64,000 bases of DNA from Eledone cirrhosa (Eukaryota). Under the pieces are notes generated by a model. That model saw nothing but the letters and a program-made list of their open reading frames with translations. It did not search any database and had not been told where the DNA came from. Positions within the stretch are counted from its first letter, which is position 1; each line of letters opens with the position of its first letter. Shown here piece after piece: positions 14,050-27,500 of this stretch. Made by a program: the position numbers and the translations under genes. The DNA is taken from assembly GCA_964016885.1 (NCBI GenBank), contig OZ024740.1:145204001-145268000 (forward strand), given 5' to 3'.

Positions 14050-15020
14050 CACCAAAGTGGGGCTGGTTTGGATTTGAATGTCTGGTATCTGGATGATGCT
14101 TGTCTGGGGCGGGGGTGGTGGTCCTTCAGACAAGGACCATGTAACCGCGAAGCCGACGATTGAGGAATTTCACGTCAAAAGTTCCAAATGCAAGCCCTGG
14201 ACCCTCAACTACTCAGCTTCACATCAGCTAACTGTTGACCTGTTTACAAAATCCTTCCCTTCTATCGCGGCTGCTACCTCACTAGTGTGGTGTTCCCTTG
14301 GAGCCCCAATTACTGACCAAACCTTTGAGTCCATCGTTCTGTCTAAGTTGGCTAACCTTGAGCAACTTTTAAAAAACCTCGAGTACCCATTGAGCCTCAC
14401 CAAATTTTTTTATGTTTAGGAATTACTTGTCAATTCCTAAGTTGCTGTATTTCTTCAGTGTTAGTCCCTCTTACAAATTCTCGTCGTCTCTCCAATGATT
14501 TGACGACTTAATATTCAGTGAGCATGAGGACCTGGTCAATGTCCGACTCTCTCCATAGTCCCGCGACCAGGCTGCCTTGCCCAAATGGTTTGGAGGTATC
14601 GGTCTGCATAAATGCTTGTTTTTGTCTCTGCTTTGCTTTCTCTCCTCCATCCACGCTTGCTGCCTTTTGGTGGGCGACATTCTCTCCTTTCCAACATTGA
14701 CTAGTTCCACCAGGGAGATGGATGTAGCTTTACTACAGCGGGGAGAGCTAAGTTTGTCAGTTCCCGATACTGATGAGGATAGATGGAAGCAGAGAGTATG
14801 GGACAATCTGTGTTCGAGCGAAACTTTAAACTTTCTCTTTGATCATTCTGATCAATTTTCTAGGTACCGCTTGCTGAGATGTCGCCGTGGTAGGTCCCTC
14901 GACTCCACAGGCCTCCATGGTTTCTCCTGTCGCTTGGATGCTGGTCATTTCGCCCGCCACACCGAGCTAAACCCGATAATTAAGCGGGCCCTAGCTCGGT
15001 TAAATATCCCCTCAGTTCTG
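14050..15020 (+). mobile_element. CRE-like retrotransposon fragment
   Basis: WYLDD-like motif near 14085, GGIGL, GLHGFSC..GHFARHTELN; homologous to 3050-4030. Confidence 0.75.
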
Positions 15021-15551
15021 GCATGGCAGAGGTTGTAGTTGTAATTTGTTGCGGGGTTGATTGGTGATTTGTCCCATATAAAGCGCTGTGTGAAATGCCG
15101 TTGAATGAACAAATAAAACATGATCGCTACTTAAATATACTTATTAATGTAATAACATGCTATGAGGCTATTGTTGATAATGTAAGAAAATAAGGCTTAA
15201 GTTGTTGGGGTGTATGCGTGTGTACAATGATTTAAAAGATGTTATTTATCGTACCTCTGTAATGAGATGGATTTTTTTGGCCTGGTAGCAAGAAAGAGAG
15301 AGAGAATGAGAGAAAGAGAGAGAAAAGAAAGTGTGTGTGTGTGTGTGTGTGTGAGATAGAGAGAGAGAGAGAGAAACACATGTACACACCTATACATACG
15401 CGCATTTACATACGTACTTACATTACATATATATGAACTACTACATAACGCATTCATAAACCCGCACAAAAATGCACGTACACACATACGCATTCATTTA
15501 ATCTTTTTTTTTTAAAGAAAATTCTAAATGAATGTCGATAAATAATGTCGA

Positions 15552-15670
15552 AGGTGGCAATTTGGTAGAGTCGTTAGAACGTCAGATAGAACGCACCGCT
15601 ATATTTGTCTCGGCTCTTTGCCTTCCGTCATTTCGAAGTCGATAAATAAGATATCAGTTCAGTATTGGAT
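15552..15670 (+). mobile_element. SINE family A-related, diverged
   Basis: tRNA-like head GGTGGCAATTTGGTAGAGTCGTTAGA and degenerate GTCGATAAA core. Confidence 0.55.
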
Positions 15671-15979
15671 CGATTCTTCCGCCATATCTCTTTCTCACTC
15701 TCTGTTTTCATTGGGAGAAATCGGCTGTGTTACATCTGGAGAGGGATGAGCTTCGCTAGGTTTAAATGCCCAAGACACGCCGTATATCGCTACGGCGCGT
15801 CTACGACTCAGTCAAGAGTTACAGGCTGATGCATGCAACAATTATGGATATTGAAAGGGGAACTATAAATGTATACTCCAATTCTTGAACAGTTTCGTTA
15901 TTTGAATACAAATAAACCGAACGCGAAATTACCGAAACTATCAGAATCCCGAATTCCATGACCAAAGCAAAGGGAGATA

Positions 15980-16330
15980 AGATAAGCAATAAGCAATATC
16001 ATAGGATTGTGGATTGTGATAGTTTCGGTAAGGTAACTTCCGAAATGCTATCTATTAATTCTGCAAGCAGATCTACCATACTCGTATCTTTGGTTGATGT
16101 CAGAATAGCTTGCATATTCAGTGAAAAGTAAGATTTTTAAAAGATACTAAAAAGTAATTCTCTTCCAAAGAATTATTTCTCGGCGATTGCTTCATCCATC
16201 GCAGCATCTTTGAAGGCTTCTTATCGTCTAATTCTTCGGTATTTAATAACACTTTTGCAGAGATGAAGCAGTGCATTTGAATATTTCATATTTCTTCGAA
16301 TGTAAGTATTTCCTGTAGGCACAATTATCA
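15980..16330 (-). pseudogene. Degraded Gypsy gag fragment
   Basis: Minus translation LLNTEELDDKKPSKMLRWMKQ..NMQAILT..DLLAELIDSI resembles the gag at 10144-10740. Confidence 0.55.
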
Positions 16331-16526
16331 GATCCTTTACTCTGAGACTGAGTACGAGAGGAGGAGGGGTAAGGCATTAATAAATATCGCATACATTGTT
16401 GGTTTCATTTCCACTGTTGTCACGATCTCTTGTAGTGATTAGTTTAGATCTTTGCACTAAAAAAATGGTCAGAAAATGCAAATTGAGTCCATATTAGATT
16501 TACAGCTTTCAATAATTATAAGGTGA

Positions 16527-17221
16527 CTAGCTGAATGACCCGTTGTTGCCAGGGTTACTGCTGTTCTTATTCAGGTTAATAAACAATAAATATGAAGATA
16601 TATATTTTTTCTCATAATTATTTCAAAATATCTATATTTCATTAAAAACATATCAAAATTGTAATGACAATAGAATTTAGAAATGAAAATCTGTCAATCT
16701 TGAAGCACCTCAGGGTAAACAATATTCATTTTAATTTTTTGTTGCGGTCGAAATGAATAAATTGTTGCTGCTTCCAACTCGTGAGCGACCAACAAAGAGT
16801 TGATCGTGTGAGAAACACGTAGTAGAGAGATCAAGTCCAACTAACTTGGAGGGATTGTTTAATTCTCTGTGTATCAAATTATGTATTTACGTGAAGACGT
16901 TTGTGTATGTAAGTTACTAAGGCCTAACGTACGTAACGAACGCGCAAACACACACACACACTTACAGACACATATACACTCCTATACAAAATATAACGTC
17001 GTCGTTGTCGTGTTATAAAATGTCCGTTTACTTATAGTTGACTATAGTAGAATATTTTAGATAAAATGTTATATTGTTTTAATCCAAATGAAAATAAAAA
17101 TTACATGTTGTTAATTCCGGGGACTAATACTATTATCTTGTAAAATTTGATTTGATTTGATAGAGCCGTTTGAGAATGGATAAGGAAAAGATAGACAGAC
17201 AGACAAAGAATTTTATATAGA
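16527..17221 (-). mobile_element. Helitron derivative keeping a helicase C-terminal fragment
   Basis: Minus: 5' TC, 3' hairpin plus CTAG; ~16765-16850 encodes VGLDLSTTCFSHDQLFVGRSRVGS, matching the Pif1-like FSHGQLYVA.SRV motif. Confidence 0.8.
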
Positions 17222-18087
17222 GAGAAATTATAGCAAAATGACCTATGAAATCTATCGCTGAATACACATACTAGCAATTGGCAAATAGTAAAATGAGGAG
17301 AAAAAGTTATGACATGTCAAAAATATTTACTATGAAGGTTAACAATACATTATACTGTTATAAAATAACAATCAATATATAAAAAAACTTCGATATACGA
17401 TAAACATATCATGTACATAAATTGTAGCGCATATACAAAAATAGATGTGTTTTGGTAGTTTGGGGAGAAAAATCACCGCCACTGTCTCTATACTGCATTT
17501 TAGTGTCTCTGTACTATTTCTATGCCGTCCTCTACACACTACTATATACATATCTATATGTTATAATGTGAGTAACTTGTGGTTAATAGCGGCGACGCGG
17601 GTTGAAGCACTCGATGCTGTTACAGGGTCCGTCTCTCGTTGGGTTGTACTCTAGGTTTAAGGCGTCTGTAGTTTGCAGAGTGTATATATATAGAGTGACA
17701 ATAAGAATTGCAGCTTTTTGTGAAACTTTATTCTGCAGTAAAGATATATATTCAACCAGAATTGTTGGTATTTGTCGTGTTTCTCATCTTCTTCCACAAC
17801 CAAAATGTTGCTTCACACACACACACACGCACACACGCACACACGCCCCCCCCCACTGGAATTAGAATCTAGCTTCGAACATAGTTGTATACAAATATGT
17901 TTTTGTATACACCTATGTATACAAATAAATATTTTTTTTTGCATGACATATTTCTATTGCTTGCTTTCACTGTACGCTTGTCTTGTATTTAATACGCATT
18001 GAATGCACTGTCCTCTCCACTACTGGCTTATAATTCTCACAACTAATCTTTAATCTCTCCTTCTTGATTGGATTGTACACTTACATT

Positions 18088-18154
<67 letters not shown>

Positions 18155-18429
18155 AAAGGAATCGGCTATTTATTCACCAGGCTAAACATTCTAATTTAGT
18201 CCAGAAATAACCGTCGAAACGGCTTGAGCTCTGCCGTCGGGGTCATACTTTTTCCTATTTTCCCACTCTACTACCCTAAGTATTGAGTACTCTGGTACGT
18301 TATGGTCCATCTGGTTCCTTACCACAATTCCTTTGTTACTTAACTCCTATCTCTGTAGTACAGCACTTTCCGACTCTACCACGCCATATCCCAACTTTTC
18401 CACCCAGCTCAAGTTTCTTCACCCGCACG

Positions 18430-20476
18430 ATGCGGAAACACGACATCGACTTCTCCACCAAGAACATCCCAGTTCCACCGAGAAAACTTTACCTTCGGAT
18501 GCTCACGCAAAAAATCGACCTTTTTGCGAAAAGACTAAGATGGAGAACTTTTTTCTACGATAGATACCGCGACAATCAGGACTTCGACACCAAGGAGAGA
18601 TTCGGATTCAATACCTACAAATCTCCCCTCTTAACCCTATGCTCTCACCCATCGAGAACGACCTTTTCCACCTGGTCAAGAGCATTAAATTCAAACCCAG
18701 ACACAACAGATTCCTACAATAACTCCGTAGCAAAATAACAGAGTATGAAAACACCAACGACATCATGGTGCACTCGGACAAAACTGGAAACCTCTACTTC
18801 GTCAACCCTGACAGATACTACACACTGATTAGGAGCAGCCTAAACTCCACCTATAAAAAGGCGAACCATTCAATTATCGAGGACATAAATCGAGATGGAC
18901 AACAAATTACCTCCAGCCTCGGGGTCGCCGACCGCACTGAACCCCTAAACCCACAGACTCCCTACTTCACACTGAAGGACCACAAATCCGACTTCGACAG
19001 CAAACCATCCATTAGGCTTATAAACCCAACGAAGTCGGATATAGGGAGAATCAGTAAAAAGATCCTAGACCGAGTTATACCAAAAGTTAAGCAAAACGTG
19101 AGACTTATCCTACGGCCGCCTTGGACTTTGCCGAAACACTCACACCCATCACTGACCAGGAAAGAAATATCATTCTCCACGCCAGGAAGACAGTCCTACT
19201 TTTCGACAACTCCAAGTGGATAAAGAGAGCTCCCGACTCCCCCTTCGACGTCAGTATGGGCGCGACGGATTCGGCCGAGGTCACAGATCTTATAGGATTA
19301 TTCCTACTATTTAAACTCACCGAAATGTTTCCTGCATTCGGCGGTGGATTGTACCGGGATGATGGGCTCCTCACCCTCAAAGGGTACAATCCCAGTAGTA
19401 CAGACCGGGTCCGTAAACAACTAATCAACTTCTTCCGGGACTGGGGATTTAAAATCACCCGACAAACGTCCCTAACCCGAGTCAATTTCCTGGACGTTAC
19501 CCTTAACCTCGAAAATGATCTGTGTTACCCATACAGGAAACCAAACGACAACCTGCACTACATCCACCGCCGCTCTAACCATCCTAGAAACATCACCAAT
19601 AACCTGGTTAAAAATATCTCCCTCCGCATATCTCGTTTGTCCGCTAATGAGCAGATATTCGACGAACACGCGCCTCATTACAACCAGGCCCTCAAGCGGA
19701 GTGGCTTCCGGGAGGAAATATCCTTTTATCCAGCTTCCCTTAGCGGAAGCAGCAGGCGACACCGCCTCTCACGCAACGTAACGTGGTTCAATCCTCCCCA
19801 CAATGCCGAGGTGACAACACCTATCGATGAGCCTAAAAAAGATTTCTTCTTTAGGCTCATCGAAAAACACTTCCCACTACAACACCACTACCACAACATA
19901 ATCAACAAAAACACTACCAAACTCTCCTACAGCACCACACTTAACTTCGCACAAAATATCGTCTCCTCAAACAACAAAAAACTCAACCTCTATAGAAGAA
20001 ATAACCTAGACATCAGTGGAGAGCCGACCAGGAGGTGTAACTGCCCTGATAGATCTACGTGCCCCCTCAACAACAAATGCCGAGAACGGAACGTGATCTA
20101 CCAGTGCAACGTGAGGACGGACACCTCCAACAAAGCTTATATAGGATTAACCGCGTGTGACTTCAAGACCCGGCTCTACCAACACCGACATACTTTCCGA
20201 AACCCGGTCCGGCGACATGCCACTACACTTTCGGGCTACATCTGGGACCTCCAAGATAATAATATAACCTACAATCTCACTTGGAGCTTACTGTCCAGAG
20301 CTAACTCTTACACTGGAGGACGCCGTCCGTGTAACTTATGCTCAGAGGAAACATTACAAATGCTGTTTTCGAAGGACCAACTCCTAAACAAGAAAGACGA
20401 ACTGGTAACCGCATGTAAACACAGATTGCGTAGGACTTACCTCGCCCTTAAACCCCATAACGACCCGGGTGGGTAG
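18430..20476 (+). pseudogene. PLE RT + GIY-YIG endonuclease ORF, frameshifted, RT motif A deleted
   Basis: FSTKNIP..RLRWR, DKTGN, TLKDHK..RLINP, FDVSMG, LYRDD, CNC..CPL..C, VIY..YIG, CNLC; frameshift near 18630; deletion near 19110. Confidence 0.9.
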
Positions 20477-21173
20477 ACAAGGGCTGATACCCCCCCCCCC
20501 CCACACACACACACTTGCCGAATAAGTTAGGGGAAACCCCAGCTTACTTAGGTAGATGTATCTCTTTTCTTTTCTTTTCCTCTTTGTCTTCTTCTTCCCC
20601 CTGTCTCATCCTATCAATTCCTTCCACCCCCTATTTTCTCCCTCGTCTGCTTTTCCCCTTTCGCCTACCCCGATGCAGCCCATCGGGCCTCTGTACCATC
20701 AGTACCCCCAGCCCTGCAATTTTAAGATAGAATTGGCCGAATACGTTTTACCAACTACTTATAGCAGACGTGTTAAACCCCTTTAATTCTGTATCAGTTC
20801 TGGTACTACTCAATTTCTACAAGTTTTTTCTATTCTCAACTTATAAACCTGTAATTGTAAGATAGCATTGTGATTTTTTTTATTCATTTCTCACTATCTA
20901 ATTTTATATATTTTTTTTATTTCTTTCTATTATCTTTTGTTGTATCCTACTCTCATTCGATTTACCTATTCTATAACCTCCCTCCTCCACTTCATACTCT
21001 ATCCTTAGAATCTGGTGTATACATATCACTTTCAACGCTTGACCGCTCCACTCACTCCCCTATTCTACAGGCAAGTTCAGCCACCCCTACCTCCCACCAA
21101 ATGCCATGATAGACTTATTTGTGTTTACAACAAAGTTTAACCAATCCTCTTGACATCTACAATCTTCCCATAT

Positions 21174-21290
21174 AAGGAAGTATCCCCTTGAAAAGTTCGG
21201 CTATTTATTCACCAGGCTAAACATTCTAATTTAGTCCAGAAATAGCTGTCGGAACGGCTTAGCTCTGCCGTCAGGGCCATACTTTTTCCT
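21174..21290 (+). ncRNA. Type-I hammerhead with U3-A8 core and extended stem II
   Basis: GGAAGTAT-CCC/GGG-ATACTTTT stem I, TTGAAAA (21188-21194), long stem II, G(G/A)AA, stem III ACGGC/GCCGT, GTC^ at 21270-21272; the 5' copy at 18216 has intact GAAA. Confidence 0.75.
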
Positions 21291-21317
21291 ATATATATAT
21301 ATATGTACACACACACG

Positions 21318-21465
<148 letters not shown>

Positions 21466-21480
21466 TATATATATAGATAG

Positions 21481-21747
21481 ATCTAGCTGGTCGAAACGGC
21501 CGGAGCTCAGCCGTCGGGGTCCTGACTCTTTTCCTAGAGATGTCAATATGGACATGTTATTTTTATCTACAGACATTTTTTTTCAATTCCATAACCGCCC
21601 GTCCCCTCAATCTAACTTATTTCTCATTCTTTCTTCTGGTGAAGAACTAGCGTCCGAAACCTGCTATATCAAGCGTTCATCTAATATATCCCTTCCATAT
21701 ACCTACCGATTGTGTTGTTATTTCTGTTTACATTTTACATACATACC
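21481..21747 (+). mobile_element. Solo PLE pLTR related to the 18162 element
   Basis: GAAACGGC-CGGAGCTCA-GCCGTC^GGGG half-ribozyme; second degenerate motif CTGGTGA..GTCCGAAAC at ~21636-21660; TA-flanked. Confidence 0.6.
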
Positions 21748-21756
21748 TATATATAT

Positions 21757-22018
21757 AAGTAGAAGGGGTATTTAATTTGTTAGAAGTCCAACAAATATAA
21801 ATGTTTATAACTGATTTAGAGCACTCAACAAGTACTGGAGTAAATATTCAATGTGAATTTCCAACCGATAAGGTATGATTTTCATAGGTATGTCTCTATT
21901 TATAAAACAAACTTTGTATTTTATCTGATTAAAGCGTACTAATGTGTCTTGGTACCCTTGAAATATATATAATAAAATAAATATGGTTTTATAAATATAG
22001 TTTCCATTTATTTAATAT

Positions 22019-22023
<5 letters not shown>
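21757..22023. mobile_element. Second inverted solo-pLTR insertion of the 762-1050 family, with HHR
   Basis: 21757-21853 is the reverse complement of ~955-1050; plus arm carries TATTTTAT-CTGATTA..GAAA-TATATA-TA^ATAAAATA (8-bp stem I, core G8 mutated). Confidence 0.8.
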
Positions 22024-22064
<41 letters not shown>

Positions 22065-22565
22065 ATATTTGGGGAGGGTCATATTTGCGTAATATTGCCA
22101 GAATTAATAACAGAACACACTCACTGTTTGGTTGGTTTTCGCTTCTCGCTGTCTTTTATATATATATATCTGCGATCTAACTTACTCGGTCCTCAATGTT
22201 GCCATTGACTGACCGGCGGTCAAAAATAAAATAATACAGATACAATATAGACAAACACATATATATATAGTTTACATAAATCTTTCGTTGCACATCTGCA
22301 ACATCGTCAGTGGTGTTATATTCATTGTTCCTCCTGTTGTGTTGTATGTCTACGCCATTTTTTTGTTCAGTCCGTCTATATATTTATTTATTTGTTTGCT
22401 TGTTTGTTTATCTTATTTTATTTTGTCTTCTTTGCGCATGCGTTTGCGTGTGTGATGTGTGACTAGTGTGTATAGTGTTGTGTCTGCTGGGTGACTAGTG
22501 TGTGTTTATGTGCTTGTGTATGTATTTATTTATCTTATTTTATTTAATTTAATTTACTTATTTAT

Positions 22566-24335
22566 TTATACTTCTCTTAGGTCAGTGTTGTTTGTTTGGG
22601 TGTTGTTGTTGTTCCACTCATTCTTTCTGTTTAGCTTTGGTCTTCTAATTTCTATTTCACTGGCCTCTCTGATTTGCCTATCTGCTGGGTCATTCCTATG
22701 TTTAGATATTATTCTAATTTCTATGTTGTCTATGTTACCGTCATGATGTTGTCTAGCATGTTCGTATAGTACTGACCCGTTTTTTCGTCCTTTTAGTTCC
22801 CCCCAGTGTTGGTCTATCCTTTCACCTATGCTACGAGCTGTCTCACCTATGTATGTTGTTGTTGTGTTTCTACAAGTACCCTCTGTACATCTTATGCTAT
22901 AGACTACGTTTCTAGTTTTACAGTTTATCCGGGGGTTCACCTTACATATGATACATTTCCTATTGGTACAGTGGGTTTTCTTAAAAGGGTAGGTTTTGCT
23001 GATCAGGGATTTTATGGTGGTTCCTGGCTTTTCTACCACCTTTATTTTTAAGTGGGTCTTTCTCAGGGCCTTTCTACACTGGTTAGCTAATTTCCCTCCA
23101 GGGGTGGCGTCCACAAACATGACACTCTGATATCTCTGGTTGTCGTACCATGATGTGGCCTTCCCTATCTTATGTCTAGCCCTATCTAAGCTATTCCATG
23201 ATTTGCTCCTGTATAGTGGGCAAATTCCTTTCATGTCCAGTTCTATGAGGGTCTTATACTTTTCCATGGCTCCTTCGTATACTCTGACTCTGTCTCTTTG
23301 GTTGTAGCCAGAGAACTGCATGCGGTTGATGAAGTGTTGGATGTGTCCTTCCATTTCTGTTGGGTCGCACATGCTGGACACATTCTTCATCACTCGTACC
23401 AAATCTGCGATCAGAATATTAAACTTAGCACTACTGGACATTGCTGAGTTTTTGAGTATCAGGTATTTGGAGGCCATGGGTTTAGCATAGTGTGAGTGGA
23501 GAATTTGGGCTCTCTCGTCTATAGTGTTAATCCAGAGTTCTGTGTCTAATACAGGTAGTCTATTGTTAGGGTGTTTGGAAGGGAAGTCTATAGTTACAGT
23601 TATACTCTGGTGTATGGAATTAGCTATCTGCTGGATGCTTTCCATCGTGCTACGTTCTAAATCAAACTTGTTAGTGCTCTCTAGTGGGGGTGTTCTTATA
23701 ACTATATTGATATCGTCTACATAACGAGAGTACATGATGAGGTCTATGGAGCTTTCATTAAGGAGATCTTTAAGTCTCCTTTCCCACCATACCATGAAAA
23801 GGTTGGCAACATCGCCAGCTATGCTGACGCCGATGGCTGCTCCCTCATTTTGGGTGTAGATTTTCTCATTGAACTTAAATATGTGGCCCTTTAGGGTAGT
23901 TTTGATACTAGCCCCTATTGCATGTGCGACCATTTTTCTTACCTGATCAGTGTTTTGGGGGGTCCGTATAGCTTTGGTCCACCCAATCCACCTTCCTATG
24001 GGAGTCTTTTTAGCCATTGAGGTTATGGTGGGGGGTCTACCTCTTATAGGTCTACTAGGGCAGAAACATCTAAGGTCATGGCTGTCTAGGTAGTCAGTGT
24101 CGTAGGTAAGTCTAAGTAGGAGGCCCAGTTCGTCTGTGTCGACGTCGCAGAACTCCACCTCACTCTCAATGATCATCTCCACACATCTTTTCACAGCAAA
24201 ATCAATGTTAATGGATGGGTACAGTGACACCACATCCATGCTGCCTATTATGCAGTTGGATAGGCTCCTGTTTTTGTTGCACTCACTGATTCTGCTGAGG
24301 AGGTCCTCTGTACTTTCACATACATCTGGGGACAT
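22566..24335 (-). pseudogene. Inverted 5'-truncated duplicate of the PLE ORF (589 aa)
   Basis: Translation identical to the C-terminal 589 aa of 24541-28173. Confidence 0.9.
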
Positions 24336-24540
24336 CGAAAGATTTATGTAAACTATATATATATGTGTTTGTCTATATTGTATCTGTATTATTTTATTTT
24401 TGACCGCCGGTCAGTCAATGGCAACATTGAGGACCGAGTAAGTTAGATCGCAGATATATATATATAAAAGACAGCGAGAAGCGAAAACCAACCAAACAGT
24501 GAGTGTGTTCTGTTATTAATTCTGGCAATATTACGCAAAT

Positions 24541-27500
24541 ATGACCCTCCCCAAATATAACAATATCTGTTTCGACACACGATTTCATATAAAAAACCTC
24601 GCAAAACTAATTCATCGCCGCTATGGCATTAGCTTGTGCCAAGCTGAAAGGTTATTGAAAGACACTGTTTTCTGTTATATAAAAACTACAATAACAACAG
24701 AACAAATCCGCTTCTTAAAACACTGTGTTTCCTCCAAAACATACACAACAAACATATCAAAACAAGTAAATAATTTATTATTGAACAAAACACAAGCTGA
24801 ACGGCTAAAACACACAATAACAGTTAATATGAAAAGAACAACATACACAAAAGTCAACGCACTCTACAGACAAAAACGCATCAACGGTAAGGAAATCCGA
24901 AATCTCATCACAGCAAACGAGAGAGATGACTTCATGAGCGTCATCCGACGCGAAACGAAATATGCTCAAAACGAATGCTGTAGGCATTTCAAGAAGAAAT
25001 TAGAATGGATGAATAAGAAAAAACTACAAGAAAGGAAAATCGAATATTCTCAAAAATACCCAGATAACATCGACAACATCCGTATGAGTGATGTAAAACT
25101 ACCGGAAGAATTTACCAATGACCACACAGTAAATATCTATGGGAACACTTTAATCAGTGAACAAGAACAACAAATCCTAAAGTTACCACCAAAATTTGCC
25201 ATCTACAAAAAGATTAACCCTATGGAATGCAAAACTGAACTGGAAAAGTGTTTCACAAAAATACGTTGGAATGCAAAGGTAAACAACAACAACAATAATA
25301 ACGGTAGTAGTAATATAAACAATAACTCTGGGTATAGAAATAACAGCCATAACCATAACAATGGCAGGAAAGTGAGAAATAGTGATAATGGTAATAATAC
25401 TAGCGATAGACAGAACAACAACAACCACAATAATAATAATAATAGAAACGTTAACCACAGACACAGCAACAGTGACCACAGTAGTAATAACGGTAACAAT
25501 ACGAACAACAACAACAACAATAACCACAGTGGTAATAATGGAAATAGTACATGTAGCAACATCAACAAAAACAAGAAACATAATAATAGTAACAACCACA
25601 ATGGTAGAAATAGCAGTAACAACAACAACAATAACGGTGAAGTAAACAACAATACATCTAGCAATCATAACAATAATAATATTAAAGCTAATGATAGAAA
25701 CAACAACAACCACCATGATAATAATAATAGCAACACACACAACTATGACGATAGAAATAACGACAACCCCTTAGAGAAACTATTTTTCAACCCAGCTGAC
25801 AAAACATATAAGATGGGTAATATCTATCCTACGAGGTTACCCTTTAATAAAAGAGTTTGCATACCACAACAAATAGATGACGAGACGGAGGCACAGTTCA
25901 CCATAGCTAGAAATAAGATTAGACAAGTAGTAGACAGGTACACTATGAGACAGAGCAGACCAGAGGCCCAACAACTTGGGATAAAACCTGTAGAAGGCAT
26001 GGTTAGCCTCAAGCAGCGCACAAGGGATGGTGAGGTAGTGTGTCTACCCACAGATAAGTCTGGTAGGATGTCAATAGATAGCATGCCGAACTACATCGAG
26101 GCAATGCAACCCCACATCACCAACACGAGCGAAGTTGCACAACTAACACACGATGGGAGAGAAAAAATCCTCAACGCTCACATGATGATGTGGACTGACA
26201 TCCTAAAGCCAAGCAGACGCACTGCCAACAACTTCCAGGCGTCTAACAATGGCATACCACCCTTGTATGGGCTCCGCAAAGACCACAAGACAGTCGACGA
26301 CCCGACAACAGGACCACCAACAAGACCTGTATGCGGAGCTAATATAGCTAGCAACTACAGGATCTCCTACTTCCTCTCAATGGTTATACGCCCCATAATC
26401 AAGATGTCCCCAGATGTATGTGAAAGTACAGAGGACCTCCTCAGCAGAATCAGTGAGTGCAACAAAAACAGGAGCCTATCCAACTGCATAATAGGCAGCA
26501 TGGATGTGGTGTCACTGTACCCATCCATTAACATTGATTTTGCTGTGAAAAGATGTGTGGAGATGATCATTGAGAGTGAGGTGGAGTTCTGCGACGTCGA
26601 CACAGACGAACTGGGCCTCCTACTTAGACTTACCTACGACACTGACTACCTAGACAGCCATGACCTTAGATGTTTCTGCCCTAGTAGACCTATAAGAGGT
26701 AGACCCCCCACCATAACCTCAATGGCTAAAAAGACTCCCATAGGAAGGTGGATTGGGTGGACCAAAGCTATACGGACCCCCCAAAACACTGATCAGGTAA
26801 GAAAAATGGTCGCACATGCAATAGGGGCTAGTATCAAAACTACCCTAAAGGGCCACATATTTAAGTTCAATGAGAAAATCTACACCCAAAATGAGGGAGC
26901 AGCCATCGGCGTCAGCATAGCTGGCGATGTTGCCAACCTTTTCATGGTATGGTGGGAAAGGAGACTTAAAGATCTCCTTAATGAAAGCTCCATAGACCTC
27001 ATCATGTACTCTCGTTATGTAGACGATATCAATATAGTTATAAGAACACCCCCACTAGAGAGCACTAACAAGTTTGATTTAGAACGTAGCACGATGGAAA
27101 GCATCCAGCAGATAGCTAATTCCATACACCAGAGTATAACTGTAACTATAGACTTCCCTTCCAAACACCCTAACAATAGACTACCTGTATTAGACACAGA
27201 ACTCTGGATTAACACTATAGACGAGAGAGCCCAAATTCTCCACTCACACTATGCTAAACCCATGGCCTCCAAATACCTGATACTCAAAAACTCAGCAATG
27301 TCCAGTAGTGCTAAGTTTAATATTCTGATCGCAGATTTGGTACGAGTGATGAAGAATGTGTCCAGCATGTGCGACCCAACAGAAATGGAAGGACACATCC
27401 AACACTTCATCAACCGCATGCAGTTCTCTGGCTACAACCAAAGAGACAGAGTCAGAGTATACGAAGGAGCCATGGAAAAGTATAAGACCCTCATAGAACT

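Larger units (their letters stand above)
18162..21290 (+). mobile_element. Penelope-like element (Hydra-clade-like), direct pseudo-LTRs, defective
   Basis: Direct repeats 18162-18258 and 21198-21292; flanked by (TA)n; RT followed by CxC linker and C-terminal GIY-YIG. Confidence 0.9.

Noticed and set aside
25183-25740. Leu/Val/Ile-rich antisense ORFs resembling membrane proteins
   Set aside because: Reverse-frame shadows of the AAC/AAT tract.
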